This document shows positions 8,579 to 16,744 of a DNA stretch of 64,000 bases, piece after piece. A model generated the notes under the pieces. The model did no database searches. It worked only from the letters and a program-made list of their open reading frames with translations, and was not told the DNA's origin. A program made the translations under genes and the position numbers. This stretch comes from Candidatus Limnocylindria bacterium (GTDB taxonomy: Bacteria; Chloroflexota; Limnocylindria; QHBO01), in NCBI GenBank assembly GCA_035708065.1, contig DASSTC010000016.1, positions 12,773 through 76,772 of the forward strand, read 5' to 3'. Positions within the stretch are counted from its first letter, which is position 1; every line of letters starts with the position of its first letter.

Positions 8579-10093
8579 CTAGTCGGTCGACTCGCCGCCG
8601 TAGACCTCGCCCATGCGCTCCAGGCTCTCCGGGTTCGTCGAGCGGAGGTAGAAGTACAGGGCGATGCCGATGAGCACCCACACCGCGACGATCGGCGCGC
8701 ACCAGCGCAGCGCGTTGGTGTACGGGTCGAGCGTGACGTCGAGCAACGGAATGGTCACCCCGCCGATGACTGCCAGCGCGGCCGGGATCATGGCCAGCAC
8801 GCCCAGGATCGGCACGACGAGGTGCTTGATGACGTTGAACTCGTCACGCCGCTCGCGCCAGAAGTAGCCGATGCAGGCGAAGTTCACCGCCATGTAGATG
8901 AACGCGAAGATCAGCCCGAGCATGGTGCCCAGGAAGACGTACACGTTGAGAGGACCGAAGCTCGCCGCGCCCTCGGGCGTCGGATACGGGTCGTTGGCCA
9001 GCACGAAGCCGAGGATCACGGCGATGATCAGCGCGCTGATCGCCTGGAAGTGGACCGCGTTGATGGGCGCCCGCGTCTCGGGCGAGACCGCCGCGAACCA
9101 GCGCGGGAGCAGGCGGACGCGTCCCATGGCGAACAGCGAGCGCGTGGCCGCCGTGGCGCCGGAGTTGGCGTTGGCGATCGAGCTGTTGAGAATGGCGAAC
9201 ACGACCAGCAGGCCGCCGAGCGTGCCGAGCACCTGGGTCGCCATGCCGCCCCACGGATCGCCGTCGTTGAAGCTGAGGAAGTCGCCCATCTTGTCAGGGC
9301 CGAAGAAGACGGTCGCGGCGTAGTAGTTGAAGACGTAGAACAGGCCGACCACGATCGCCGACCAGATGACGGCCCGCGGGATGGTCGTTCTCGGTTCCCT
9401 GGTCTCCTCACCCAGCGGTGCCGCCGCCTCGAAGCCAATGAACGCCAGCAGGCAGAAGATCATCCCTTGGAAGGCGGGTCGCACCCCGTCGGCACCCGGG
9501 ACGAACACGCTCAGCGTGTTCCGCGAGCCGGCGTTGACGATCAGCAGCAGGCTGATCAGCACGAAGATTGCGATCTCGATGATCCCCAGCACCAGCCCGG
9601 TCCGCGTCGACAGGCCAACGCCGCGGTAGTTCAGCCACCACACCAGCAGGCCGCACAGGATTGCGAGCGGCACCCAGGCGAGGTTGAAGTCGACGTTCAG
9701 GTACTCCGACAGGAAGATCGCACCGTAGAAGCCGAAGCCGCCGAGCAGGAGCGGCATCACCAGCGGCTCGGCCAGCGCGAAGCTCCAGGCCACCAGCCAG
9801 CCGAAGAACGAGCCGAGGCCGCGGCGCACGTAGGTGAACATGCCGCCCGCCGAGGGAAGGTGGCGAGCCAGCTCGGCCATCGAGAAGGCCGTGAAGAGCA
9901 CGGCGATCATGGCGAACAGCACGGCCAGCGGCGTGATGCCGCCGGCGAAGCCCGTCGCGGCGCCGATCGACAGCGCAGTCGCCACGGCCGGTGCCATGTG
10001 GGTGACCGACTGGAACAGCACCTCGGGCAGGCCGATGGCGTTGCGTTCCAGCTGGGTGGGCGCGCCCCCCGGAGAATCGACTGCAGCGGTCAC
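8579..10093 (-). CDS. APC-family amino acid/amine permease
   Basis: 504 aa with about 12 TM helices. GTG start with GGAGG 8 nt upstream. Composition is typical of APC permeases. Confidence 0.9.
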   Translation of the reverse strand: MTAAVDSPGGAPTQLERNAIGLPEVLFQSVTHMAPAVATALSIGAATGFAGGITPLAVLFAMIAVLFTAFSMAELARHLPSAGGMFTYVRRGLGSFFGWLVAWSFALAEPLVMPLLLGGFGFYGAIFLSEYLNVDFNLAWVPLAILCGLLVWWLNYRGVGLSTRTGLVLGIIEIAIFVLISLLLIVNAGSRNTLSVFVPGADGVRPAFQGMIFCLLAFIGFEAAAPLGEETREPRTTIPRAVIWSAIVVGLFYVFNYYAATVFFGPDKMGDFLSFNDGDPWGGMATQVLGTLGGLLVVFAILNSSIANANSGATAATRSLFAMGRVRLLPRWFAAVSPETRAPINAVHFQAISALIIAVILGFVLANDPYPTPEGAASFGPLNVYVFLGTMLGLIFAFIYMAVNFACIGYFWRERRDEFNVIKHLVVPILGVLAMIPAALAVIGGVTIPLLDVTLDPYTNALRWCAPIVAVWVLIGIALYFYLRSTNPESLERMGEVYGGESTD

Positions 10094-10328
10094 GGGTTTG
10101 GCCTCCGATGCCTCCGTTGGTCAGCGTCCGGCCGACGCCAGGTCGGCCGTGGGCGCGGACCTCGCGACATAGTAGATACCCGTGTCCAGACCCCACCACG
10201 CTCTGTGCGCCAGGCCGGACGCCCGGCGTGATGAGACCCGGGCGCCGATCTGTATGCGCACCGCGCATGTGGCCAGTCAACTCGGCACCTCCGTGCACGA
10301 CCGGCGCACGCGTGGCACCCTTAGGCCG

Positions 10329-11405
10329 ATGACCGCCGTGGCCCGCCCGCTCTCGCCGCTCCCGACGCTCTCGCCGCTCCCGACCTCGGCCGATGCCGCC
10401 CTGGTCGACGGTCATGGCCGCATGCTGCGCTCGCTGCGGATCAGCGTGACCGATGCCTGCCAGTTCCGCTGCCTGTACTGCATGCCGTCCGAGGAGATGA
10501 CCTTCCTGCCGGCGAAGCAGCTGCTGACGATCGACGAGATCGACCGGCTGGCGCGGCTCTTCGTCGGAATGGGCGTCCGCAACATCCGGCTGACCGGCGG
10601 CGAACCGCTGGTGCGCAAGGACCTGCCCGAGATCGTGCGCCGGCTCGCGGCACTCGAGCGCGACGGCCTGGAGGACCTCAGCCTGACGACGAACGGCTTC
10701 CTGCTCGAGCGCATGGCGGAGCCGCTGGCCGCCGCCGGGCTGAAGCGGCTGAACGTCAGCCTGGACTCGCTCGTTCGCGAGCGCTTCCGCGAGATCACCC
10801 GGCGCGATGCGCTGGCGCAGGTGCTCGCCGGCCTCGAGGCGGCCGCCCGCCAGCCGACCCTTCGGCCGATCAAGGTCAACGCGGTGGCGCTGCGTGGCAC
10901 GACCGACCGAGAGATCCGTTCGTTCGCTCAGCTCGCCCGCGAGCACGGCTATGTCGTCCGATTCATCGAGGTCATGCCGCTCGATGGTGGGGGCGCCTGG
11001 TCGCCCGACGCGGTGCTCACCGGCGCCGAGCTCAAGGCGGCGCTGGAGGCCAGTGTCCCGTCGGCCTGGCTGCCATTGGTGCCGGTTCAGCGTGAGGATG
11101 CGGCGCAGACCAGCCGGGTGTATCGGTTTGCGGACGGCATCGGCGAGATCGGCTTCATCAACCCGGTCAGCGAGCCGTTCTGCGACGCGTGCGATCGGCT
11201 GCGGCTGACGGCCGAGGGCACGCTTCGCACGTGCCTCTTCAGCCTGACGGAGACCGATCTTCGAGGACCGATGCGGGCCGGTGCCTCCGACAGCGAGCTT
11301 GGCGAGATCGTGCGCGGCGCGGCCTGGCGCAAGGAGCTGAAGCACCGGATCGGCGATCCCGGGTTCGTCCCGCCGGCGCGCAACATGAGCCAGATCGGCG
11401 GCTAG
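10329..11405 (+). CDS. moaA: GTP 3',8-cyclase MoaA (radical SAM, molybdenum cofactor biosynthesis)
   Basis: CQFRCLYCMP radical-SAM cluster, GGEPLVRKD, and a C-terminal CDACDRLRLTAEGTLRTC cluster. Start taken at ATG 10329. Confidence 0.9.
   Translation: MTAVARPLSPLPTLSPLPTSADAALVDGHGRMLRSLRISVTDACQFRCLYCMPSEEMTFLPAKQLLTIDEIDRLARLFVGMGVRNIRLTGGEPLVRKDLPEIVRRLAALERDGLEDLSLTTNGFLLERMAEPLAAAGLKRLNVSLDSLVRERFREITRRDALAQVLAGLEAAARQPTLRPIKVNAVALRGTTDREIRSFAQLAREHGYVVRFIEVMPLDGGGAWSPDAVLTGAELKAALEASVPSAWLPLVPVQREDAAQTSRVYRFADGIGEIGFINPVSEPFCDACDRLRLTAEGTLRTCLFSLTETDLRGPMRAGASDSELGEIVRGAAWRKELKHRIGDPGFVPPARNMSQIGG
10349..10384 (+). repeat. Perfect 18-bp tandem duplication (GCTCTCGCCGCTCCCGAC x2) inside the moaA N-terminal extension
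   Basis: Read directly: 10349-10366 equals 10367-10384. It encodes LSPLPT twice. Confidence 0.9.
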
Positions 11406-11471
11406 TCGCCGGACAGACATCGCTGCCATCGGTCGAGATTGATCGGCCGTGGCACCTATGCTTTCCAGCAC

Positions 11472-13229
11472 ATGCGACCGCTGCCCCCACCGTTCGACAC
11501 GATCGCGGCCGGACTGCCGACCGAGATCCCGCTGAGCGGCAACGCGCTGCTCGGCTCGCGGCTCCTGAACAAGGACCTCGCCTTCCCGTACGACGAGCGC
11601 GTGGCGTTCGGGTTGCGCGGGCTGCTGCCGGACCAGGTGCTGAGCATCGAGCAGCAGGTCGAGGTGGAGCTCGGCCACGTCCGCCGCAAGGCCGATCCGC
11701 TGGAGCAGTACATCGGTCTCATCGCCCTCCAGGATCGGAATGCGACGCTCTTCTATCGCGTGCTGGCCGAGAACCTCGAGGAGCTGCTGCCGATCGTCTA
11801 CACGCCGACGGTCGGCCTCGCCTGCCAGGAGTTCAGCCACGTCCTGCGGCGGACCCGCGGGCTGTGGATCACGCCGGAGGACCGCGATCGCATCCCCGAG
11901 CTGCTGCGTGCCAGCCCGTACCCCGACGTGCGGCTCATCGTGGTCACCGACAACGAGCGGATCCTGGGGCTCGGCGACCAGGGGGCCGGCGGAATGGGCA
12001 TCCCGATCGGCAAGCTGGCGCTGTACACCGCGGCCTGCGGCATCCACCCGGCGGTGACGCTGCCGGTTTCGCTCGACGTCGGGACGGACAACCAGACGCT
12101 GCTCGACGACCCGCTGTACATCGGGCATCGGGCGCCACGGTTGCGCGGCGCGGAGTACGACGCGCTGGTCGATGCCTTCGTGCGCGGCGTGAACGAGGTG
12201 TGGCCCGGCTGCCTGATCCAGTGGGAAGACTTCAAGCAGCACAACGCGCTGCGCATTCTCGACCGCTATCGCGAGGACGTGTTCAGTTTCAACGACGACG
12301 TGCAGGGCACCGCAGCGACGGTCGTCGCCGGGATCCTGGCCGCCATGCGCGACCGCGGGGAGCGGCTGCGTGACCAGCGAGCCGTGCTGGCCGGCGCCGG
12401 CGCGGCGGGGATCGGGATCGCTCGTCTGCTGCGCATGGCAATGATCGAGGACGGAGCGTCGGCAGCGGAGGCCGGGCGCAGTGTCGTGCTCGTCGATTCG
12501 CGCGGCCTGGTCCACGCCGGGCGCGAGGATCTCGAGCCGGTGAAGCGTGACCTCGCGCTGGGGGCCGAGGAGGGAGCGACGCTCGGGTTCGGTGGAGGCG
12601 CATCGGACCTGTTCGAGGTCGTCGGCCGCATGCGCCCGACGATCCTGATCGGCACGACCGGCATGGCCGGCTCGTTCTCGGAGCCGGTGATCAGGACCGT
12701 GGCAGCCGGGACGCCGGCGCCGATCATCATGCCGCTCTCGAACCCGACCTCCGCTGCCGAGGCGGTGCCGCGCGACATCCTGGCGTGGACCGGCGGCGCG
12801 GCGACGGTCGCCACGGGTAGCCCGTTCGAGGCCGTCGTGTCCGATGGCGTGCGCCACGAGGTCGGCCAGGCGAACAACGTGTTCGTCTTCCCCGGGCTGG
12901 GCCTGGGATCGATCGTCGCCGAGGCGCGCCGCATCACGCCGGCGATGGTGCTTGCCGCTGCCCGCGCGCTGGCCGATGCGACGTCGCCGGCGCGCGTCGC
13001 CGCCGGCGCGCTGTATCCGCCGGTGACCGACCTGCGGGTTGTCGCTCGATCGGTCGCGATCGCGGTCGCCCGCGAGGCGATCGACGCCGGCGTGGCGGCG
13101 ATCGAACGCGGCGCCGACCTCGAGTCGGAGATCGACGCCGCGATGTGGTGGCCGGCGTACGCGCCGTATCGCGCGCCGGCCGAGGCCGAGGTCAGCCGCG
13201 CTGACCGCAGGTGGCGCTCAGAGGTCTGA
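11472..13229 (+). CDS. NAD(P)-dependent malic enzyme
   Basis: 585 aa. LPIVYTPTVGLACQEFS, DNERILGLGDQGAGGMGIPIGKL and FNDDVQGTAA are malic-enzyme signatures. An alternative start is at 11439. Confidence 0.9.
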   Translation: MRPLPPPFDTIAAGLPTEIPLSGNALLGSRLLNKDLAFPYDERVAFGLRGLLPDQVLSIEQQVEVELGHVRRKADPLEQYIGLIALQDRNATLFYRVLAENLEELLPIVYTPTVGLACQEFSHVLRRTRGLWITPEDRDRIPELLRASPYPDVRLIVVTDNERILGLGDQGAGGMGIPIGKLALYTAACGIHPAVTLPVSLDVGTDNQTLLDDPLYIGHRAPRLRGAEYDALVDAFVRGVNEVWPGCLIQWEDFKQHNALRILDRYREDVFSFNDDVQGTAATVVAGILAAMRDRGERLRDQRAVLAGAGAAGIGIARLLRMAMIEDGASAAEAGRSVVLVDSRGLVHAGREDLEPVKRDLALGAEEGATLGFGGGASDLFEVVGRMRPTILIGTTGMAGSFSEPVIRTVAAGTPAPIIMPLSNPTSAAEAVPRDILAWTGGAATVATGSPFEAVVSDGVRHEVGQANNVFVFPGLGLGSIVAEARRITPAMVLAAARALADATSPARVAAGALYPPVTDLRVVARSVAIAVAREAIDAGVAAIERGADLESEIDAAMWWPAYAPYRAPAEAEVSRADRRWRSEV

Positions 13230-13964
13230 GCCGGGGCTCGCCTGCGCGCCGTCGTCCTTCGGCGCCACGTTCCAGGGGCCGAGGCCCATGCCCGGACCGC
13301 CGAAGCCGGGTCCATGGCCGTGACCTGGCCGCGCCGGCGGCCAGTCGCCCGAGTCGAGGTTGTCCGACAGCCGGTCGAGCATCTTCTGCTCCTGGTCCGC
13401 GGTCAGCTTGCCGGAGCTGACCGCCTTGTCGAGGTCGATCTTCGCCGCATCGAGCACCGCCTTCTTGACGGCCGCGTAGTCGACGCCCTGCGCCGTGGCG
13501 ACTTCCTGGAGCGACTTGCCCGAACGCAGCTGGCCCGCGAGGGCCGAGGGCTGCATATCGAGCGCATCGGCGGCTGCGGCGCCGAGGTCGACGCCGTAGG
13601 CAACGGCACCCGGGTGCCCGATCAGCTTGCGCCCGAGCCCGAAGCAGCCGTCGAGATCGGCATCGGCCAGTCGCGACTTGATCGCGTCCGCCCGCTCTTT
13701 GGTCAGGTCGCCGTTGGCGACCGCCTCGTCGAGCGTGGCTGCCGCTGCGGCACGGAAGGCCGACTCAAGGCCGGCGGCATCGGTCTTGAGCTCATCGGCC
13801 AGGTGGCTGCGGAAGGTCTGGCAGTACTGGCCGGTGTTTGTGTCGTGGGTGGCGGTCGACGGCGTGCCCGAGGCTGTCGGCGTCTCGGCTCCCACGCTGC
13901 CGATCAACGCGCCTCCGAACAGTGCCGCGACGATGAGCGCGCCGATGGCGCCGAAGAGTTTCAT
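13218..13964 (-). CDS. Secreted helical-repeat protein with LTxxQ-like motifs and a Gly/His/Pro-rich tail (DUF2680/CpxP-Spy-like?)
   Basis: Signal peptide MKLFGAIGALIVAALFGGALIGSVGA. Two internal repeats (...AVANGDLTKERADAIKSRL / ...AVSSGKLTADQEQKMLDRL). Tail is GHGHGPGFGGPGMG. Its 3' end overlaps malic enzyme by 12 nt. Confidence 0.7.
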   Translation of the reverse strand: MKLFGAIGALIVAALFGGALIGSVGAETPTASGTPSTATHDTNTGQYCQTFRSHLADELKTDAAGLESAFRAAAAATLDEAVANGDLTKERADAIKSRLADADLDGCFGLGRKLIGHPGAVAYGVDLGAAAADALDMQPSALAGQLRSGKSLQEVATAQGVDYAAVKKAVLDAAKIDLDKAVSSGKLTADQEQKMLDRLSDNLDSGDWPPARPGHGHGPGFGGPGMGLGPWNVAPKDDGAQASPGSDL

Positions 13965-14085
13965 GGCCTGCATGCTTGGATGGCTCCGATGAACGAGTTG
14001 ACGACGCCGACGATGACGGCGCGACGTCAAGATCGGGTCAAGATCGGCCGCCTGCGTCTTGACATTTCCTGAATCGCGGGGTGGC

Positions 14086-14091
14086 TAGCAT
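14086..14091 (+). promoter_or_regulatory. -10-like TAGCAT located 5 nt upstream of the response-regulator ATG (leaderless start candidate)
   Basis: Sequence is TAGCAT-gcggc-ATG(14097) with no Shine-Dalgarno. TTGACA at 14059-14064 is too far (21-nt spacer) to be a canonical -35. Confidence 0.35.
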
Positions 14092-14096
14092 GCGGC

Positions 14097-14801
14097 ATGG
14101 CCCACATCCTGGTCGTCGAGGACGAGCCGCAGCTTCGCGCGCTGCTGCGCCTCTACCTCGAGCGTGAGGGCCACCGGGTGACCGATGCGGGCGACGGCGC
14201 GTCCGCGCTCGTCGCCTTCGAAACCGATCCGGCCGACCTCGTCGTGCTCGACCTCATGCTGCCCGCCATGCAGGGCGAGACGGTGCTCGCCGAGCTGCGA
14301 GCGCATGACTCGGTGCCGGTGCTCATCACCTCGGCCAAGCGGACCGATGCAGAGCGGATCGCCGGCCTGCGCGCCGGCGCCGACGACTACCTGGCCAAGC
14401 CGTTCAATCCGCACGAGCTGACCGCGCGCGTGGCCGCCATCCTCCGTCGGGCGCAGCCTGTCGAGCAGTTCGTGCCGCCGATCCTGTCGTTCGATGCCGG
14501 CCGGCTGGTGCTCGACACGTCGACCCGCCGCTGGCTCCTCGCATCGGGGCAGAGCGGGCGGCTGACGCCGGGCGAGTGCGCGCTGCTCGCCGCGCTGGCG
14601 CGTCGCCCGGGCAGCGTCGTCTCGCGCGACGCGTTGCTGGAAGACGTGGCGCGCCGGCCCGACGAGGTGTATGGCCGGGTCGTCGACGTTCATGTCGCCA
14701 ACCTGCGCCGCAAGCTCGGCGACGATGCCGGCGAGCCGTGGCTGATCGAGACGGTGTCGGGAGCCGGCTACCGGCTCGTCGCGCCCCTGGATCCGGCGTG
14801 A
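14097..14801 (+). CDS. OmpR-family response regulator
   Basis: Receiver domain (ILVVEDE...DLVVLDLMLP...KPF) plus a winged-helix C-terminus (VDVHVANLRRKL...GYRL). Confidence 0.92.
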   Translation: MAHILVVEDEPQLRALLRLYLEREGHRVTDAGDGASALVAFETDPADLVVLDLMLPAMQGETVLAELRAHDSVPVLITSAKRTDAERIAGLRAGADDYLAKPFNPHELTARVAAILRRAQPVEQFVPPILSFDAGRLVLDTSTRRWLLASGQSGRLTPGECALLAALARRPGSVVSRDALLEDVARRPDEVYGRVVDVHVANLRRKLGDDAGEPWLIETVSGAGYRLVAPLDPA

Positions 14802-16123
14802 GCTCGTCCGTGCCGGTGATCGCCGGCCAGCCGCTCGCCACGCGGATGGCGCTGCTGCTGTCGGGCGCGGTGCTCGTCGTCCTGCTCGTCGCCGGCCTGG
14901 TCGTCAACGCGGTGGTCAGCCGGTCGTTCGAGGAGCAGCTCGGCGTGCAGCAGCAGCGCCGGCTGGAGGACGCCGCGGCCGTGATCGGCTCGCTCCCGGC
15001 CAACCGGCTGCGGCCCGCGCTCGCGCGCCTCGCCCCGGCGACCGGCGGGCGCGTCTCGGTCCTCGACGATTCCGGCGGGGTCATCGCCTCGGGCGGACGG
15101 CCGCCTGCGGGGCCGGTCGATCGCCTCGAGCAGGCGGTCGGCGGCAGCGGTCCCGCGGCGAAGCTCGTCGTCGAGCTCCCGGCACGCCCGGCTGCCGGCC
15201 CGGAGCGGGCGTTCCTGCGCGTTTTCAACATCGCGCTGGTCGTCGCGGGCATCGTCACCGTGCTCGTCCTGATCGCCGCGGCGGGACTGCTGTCCGAGCG
15301 TCTGACTCGCCCGCTGCGCGGAGTGGCGGCGGCGGCGCGGCGGTTGGGTGCCGGCGACCTCGGCGCGCGCGCGTCGGGCGGCTCGGATCGCGAGTCGCGC
15401 GAGCTGGCCGGCGCGTTCAACGCCATGGCCGACCGGCTGCAGCAGTCCGAGGCGCTCCGACGTCGGGCGGCGAGTGACATGGCGCACGACCTCGCCACGC
15501 CGGCCACCGTCCTCGAGTCGCAGCTGCAGGCCATGGTCGACGGCGTCGTGCCGGTCGATCGGCAGCAGCTCGAGTCGGCGCGCGCGTCCGCGGCGGCCAT
15601 GAGCGGCGTCGTGTCGCGGATGGGCGAGCTGATCGATGCCGAGTCGGCGGCGCTGGTGCGCCGTCCCGAGCCGATCGTTCTCGCCGACCTGGTCTCGTCG
15701 GCCGAGTCGGCATTGAGTGGCCTGCTCCGCGAGCGCGCGGTGACGTTCACCGCCGATGTCCCCGACGACCTGCGCGTGATCGCCGATCCAGGTCAGCTTG
15801 CGCGGGCGATCCGCAACGTCGTCGCCAATGCGGTGGAGCATGGCGGCGGCTCGCTGTCGGTGAGCGCCAGCGCCGATGCGGCCGGCCGCGAGGTGCGGCT
15901 GCGGATCAGTGATGCTGGCGCCGGGATCGCCGAAGCGGATCTGCCGTACGTCTTCGAGCGCTTCTACCGCGCCGACCCGTCGCGGGCAGGGGCGAAGGGG
16001 GGCAGCGGCATCGGTCTGACCATCGCACGCGAGCTGCTGACCGCTAACGGCGGCTCCATCGAGGTCGAGCGGACCGGTCCGGACGGCACCACGTTTCTCA
16101 TCCGGCTGCCACGCGTCACCTAG
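14798..16123 (+). CDS. Sensor histidine kinase (HAMP-HisKA-HATPase)
   Basis: GTG 14798 overlaps the RR stop (GTGA). Has two TM segments, an H-box SDMAHDLATP and a G-box GGSGIGLTIAREL. The 5' part of ORF 14576 was trimmed. Confidence 0.9.
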   Translation: MSSSVPVIAGQPLATRMALLLSGAVLVVLLVAGLVVNAVVSRSFEEQLGVQQQRRLEDAAAVIGSLPANRLRPALARLAPATGGRVSVLDDSGGVIASGGRPPAGPVDRLEQAVGGSGPAAKLVVELPARPAAGPERAFLRVFNIALVVAGIVTVLVLIAAAGLLSERLTRPLRGVAAAARRLGAGDLGARASGGSDRESRELAGAFNAMADRLQQSEALRRRAASDMAHDLATPATVLESQLQAMVDGVVPVDRQQLESARASAAAMSGVVSRMGELIDAESAALVRRPEPIVLADLVSSAESALSGLLRERAVTFTADVPDDLRVIADPGQLARAIRNVVANAVEHGGGSLSVSASADAAGREVRLRISDAGAGIAEADLPYVFERFYRADPSRAGAKGGSGIGLTIARELLTANGGSIEVERTGPDGTTFLIRLPRVT

Positions 16124-16133
16124 CCCGTAGCGG

Positions 16134-16706
16134 CTATTCGAACTCCCAGCTCCGCTTACGGCCCAACGCCTCCCACTCGGATCGCAGGATCGCCATCAGG
16201 ACGACGTCATGGTGTGCGCCGCGGTGAAACCGCGCTCGACGCAGCACCGCCTCCCGCACGAAGCCGGACTTCTCGTACGAGCGCATCGCGCGCGGGTTGT
16301 AGTCGAAGACGTGGAGGTAGATGCGCTCGAGGCGCAGCTCGCCGAAGGCGAAGTCGAGGAGCGTGTTGACCGCGTCGGTGCCGAGGCCACGGCCCCACGA
16401 GCCGCGCAACATGAAGATCGAGAGCTCCGCGTTGCCGTCGGTGCGATCAACCGAGCGCAGTCCGCAGCTGCCGATCTCGTCGTTCGAGCCGAGCGAGCAC
16501 ACTGCGAACTGGAAGACCGATTGGCCGAGCTGCGGTCGCAGCTTCTCGAACCAGGCCTCGGAGGCCTCGCCGCCGATCGGCGACTTGAAGCCGGCATAGT
16601 GCGCCAGCTCCTGGTCGTCGAGGGGCCTGCTGACGTCGGCCTTCTCGAGCCAGCGCAGCCAGACGTGCTCGCCGCGCAGCATTGGCATCGGTCTGCCTTC
16701 GGTCAC
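16134..16706 (-). CDS. GNAT family N-acetyltransferase (RimJ/RimL-like)
   Basis: 190 aa. WGRGLGTDAVNTLLDFAF...N.RAMRSYEKSGF is an acetyl-CoA binding motif. GTG start. Confidence 0.85.
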   Translation of the reverse strand: MTEGRPMPMLRGEHVWLRWLEKADVSRPLDDQELAHYAGFKSPIGGEASEAWFEKLRPQLGQSVFQFAVCSLGSNDEIGSCGLRSVDRTDGNAELSIFMLRGSWGRGLGTDAVNTLLDFAFGELRLERIYLHVFDYNPRAMRSYEKSGFVREAVLRRARFHRGAHHDVVLMAILRSEWEALGRKRSWEFE

Positions 16707-16712
16707 CGCGGC

Positions 16713-16718
16713 ATGATA
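16713..16718 (-). promoter_or_regulatory. -10-like TATCAT 6 nt upstream of the GNAT GTG (leaderless start candidate)
   Basis: The minus strand reads TATCAT-gccgcg-GTG(16706). It lies back-to-back with the TAGCAT box of the divergent ALDH gene. Confidence 0.3.
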
Positions 16719-16732
16719 CTCACGCTCCCGCG

Positions 16733-16738
16733 TAGCAT
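16733..16738 (+). promoter_or_regulatory. -10-like TAGCAT 6 nt upstream of the ALDH ATG (leaderless start candidate)
   Basis: Sequence is TAGCAT-tcgccc-ATG(16745) with no SD. Confidence 0.35.
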
Positions 16739-16744
16739 TCGCCC

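Noticed and set aside
8432-10231. 599-aa plus-strand ORF
   Set aside because: It is antisense to the APC permease. The composition is highly charged, R/D/E/H-rich and repetitive.
9408-12857. 1149-aa ORF on the minus strand, the longest in the track
   Set aside because: It runs antisense to the APC permease start, moaA and malic enzyme, all of which have clear family motifs. Its translation is Arg/Ala/Gly/Pro-rich low-information sequence, typical of stop-free antisense frames in 70% GC DNA.
16124-16145. TTCGAA-containing stretch inspected as a possible tRNA T-loop
   Set aside because: There is no GGTTCGAATCC-type T-arm, no acceptor or anticodon stems, and the bases belong to the GNAT gene's 3' end. 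No tRNA is supported anywhere in the window.
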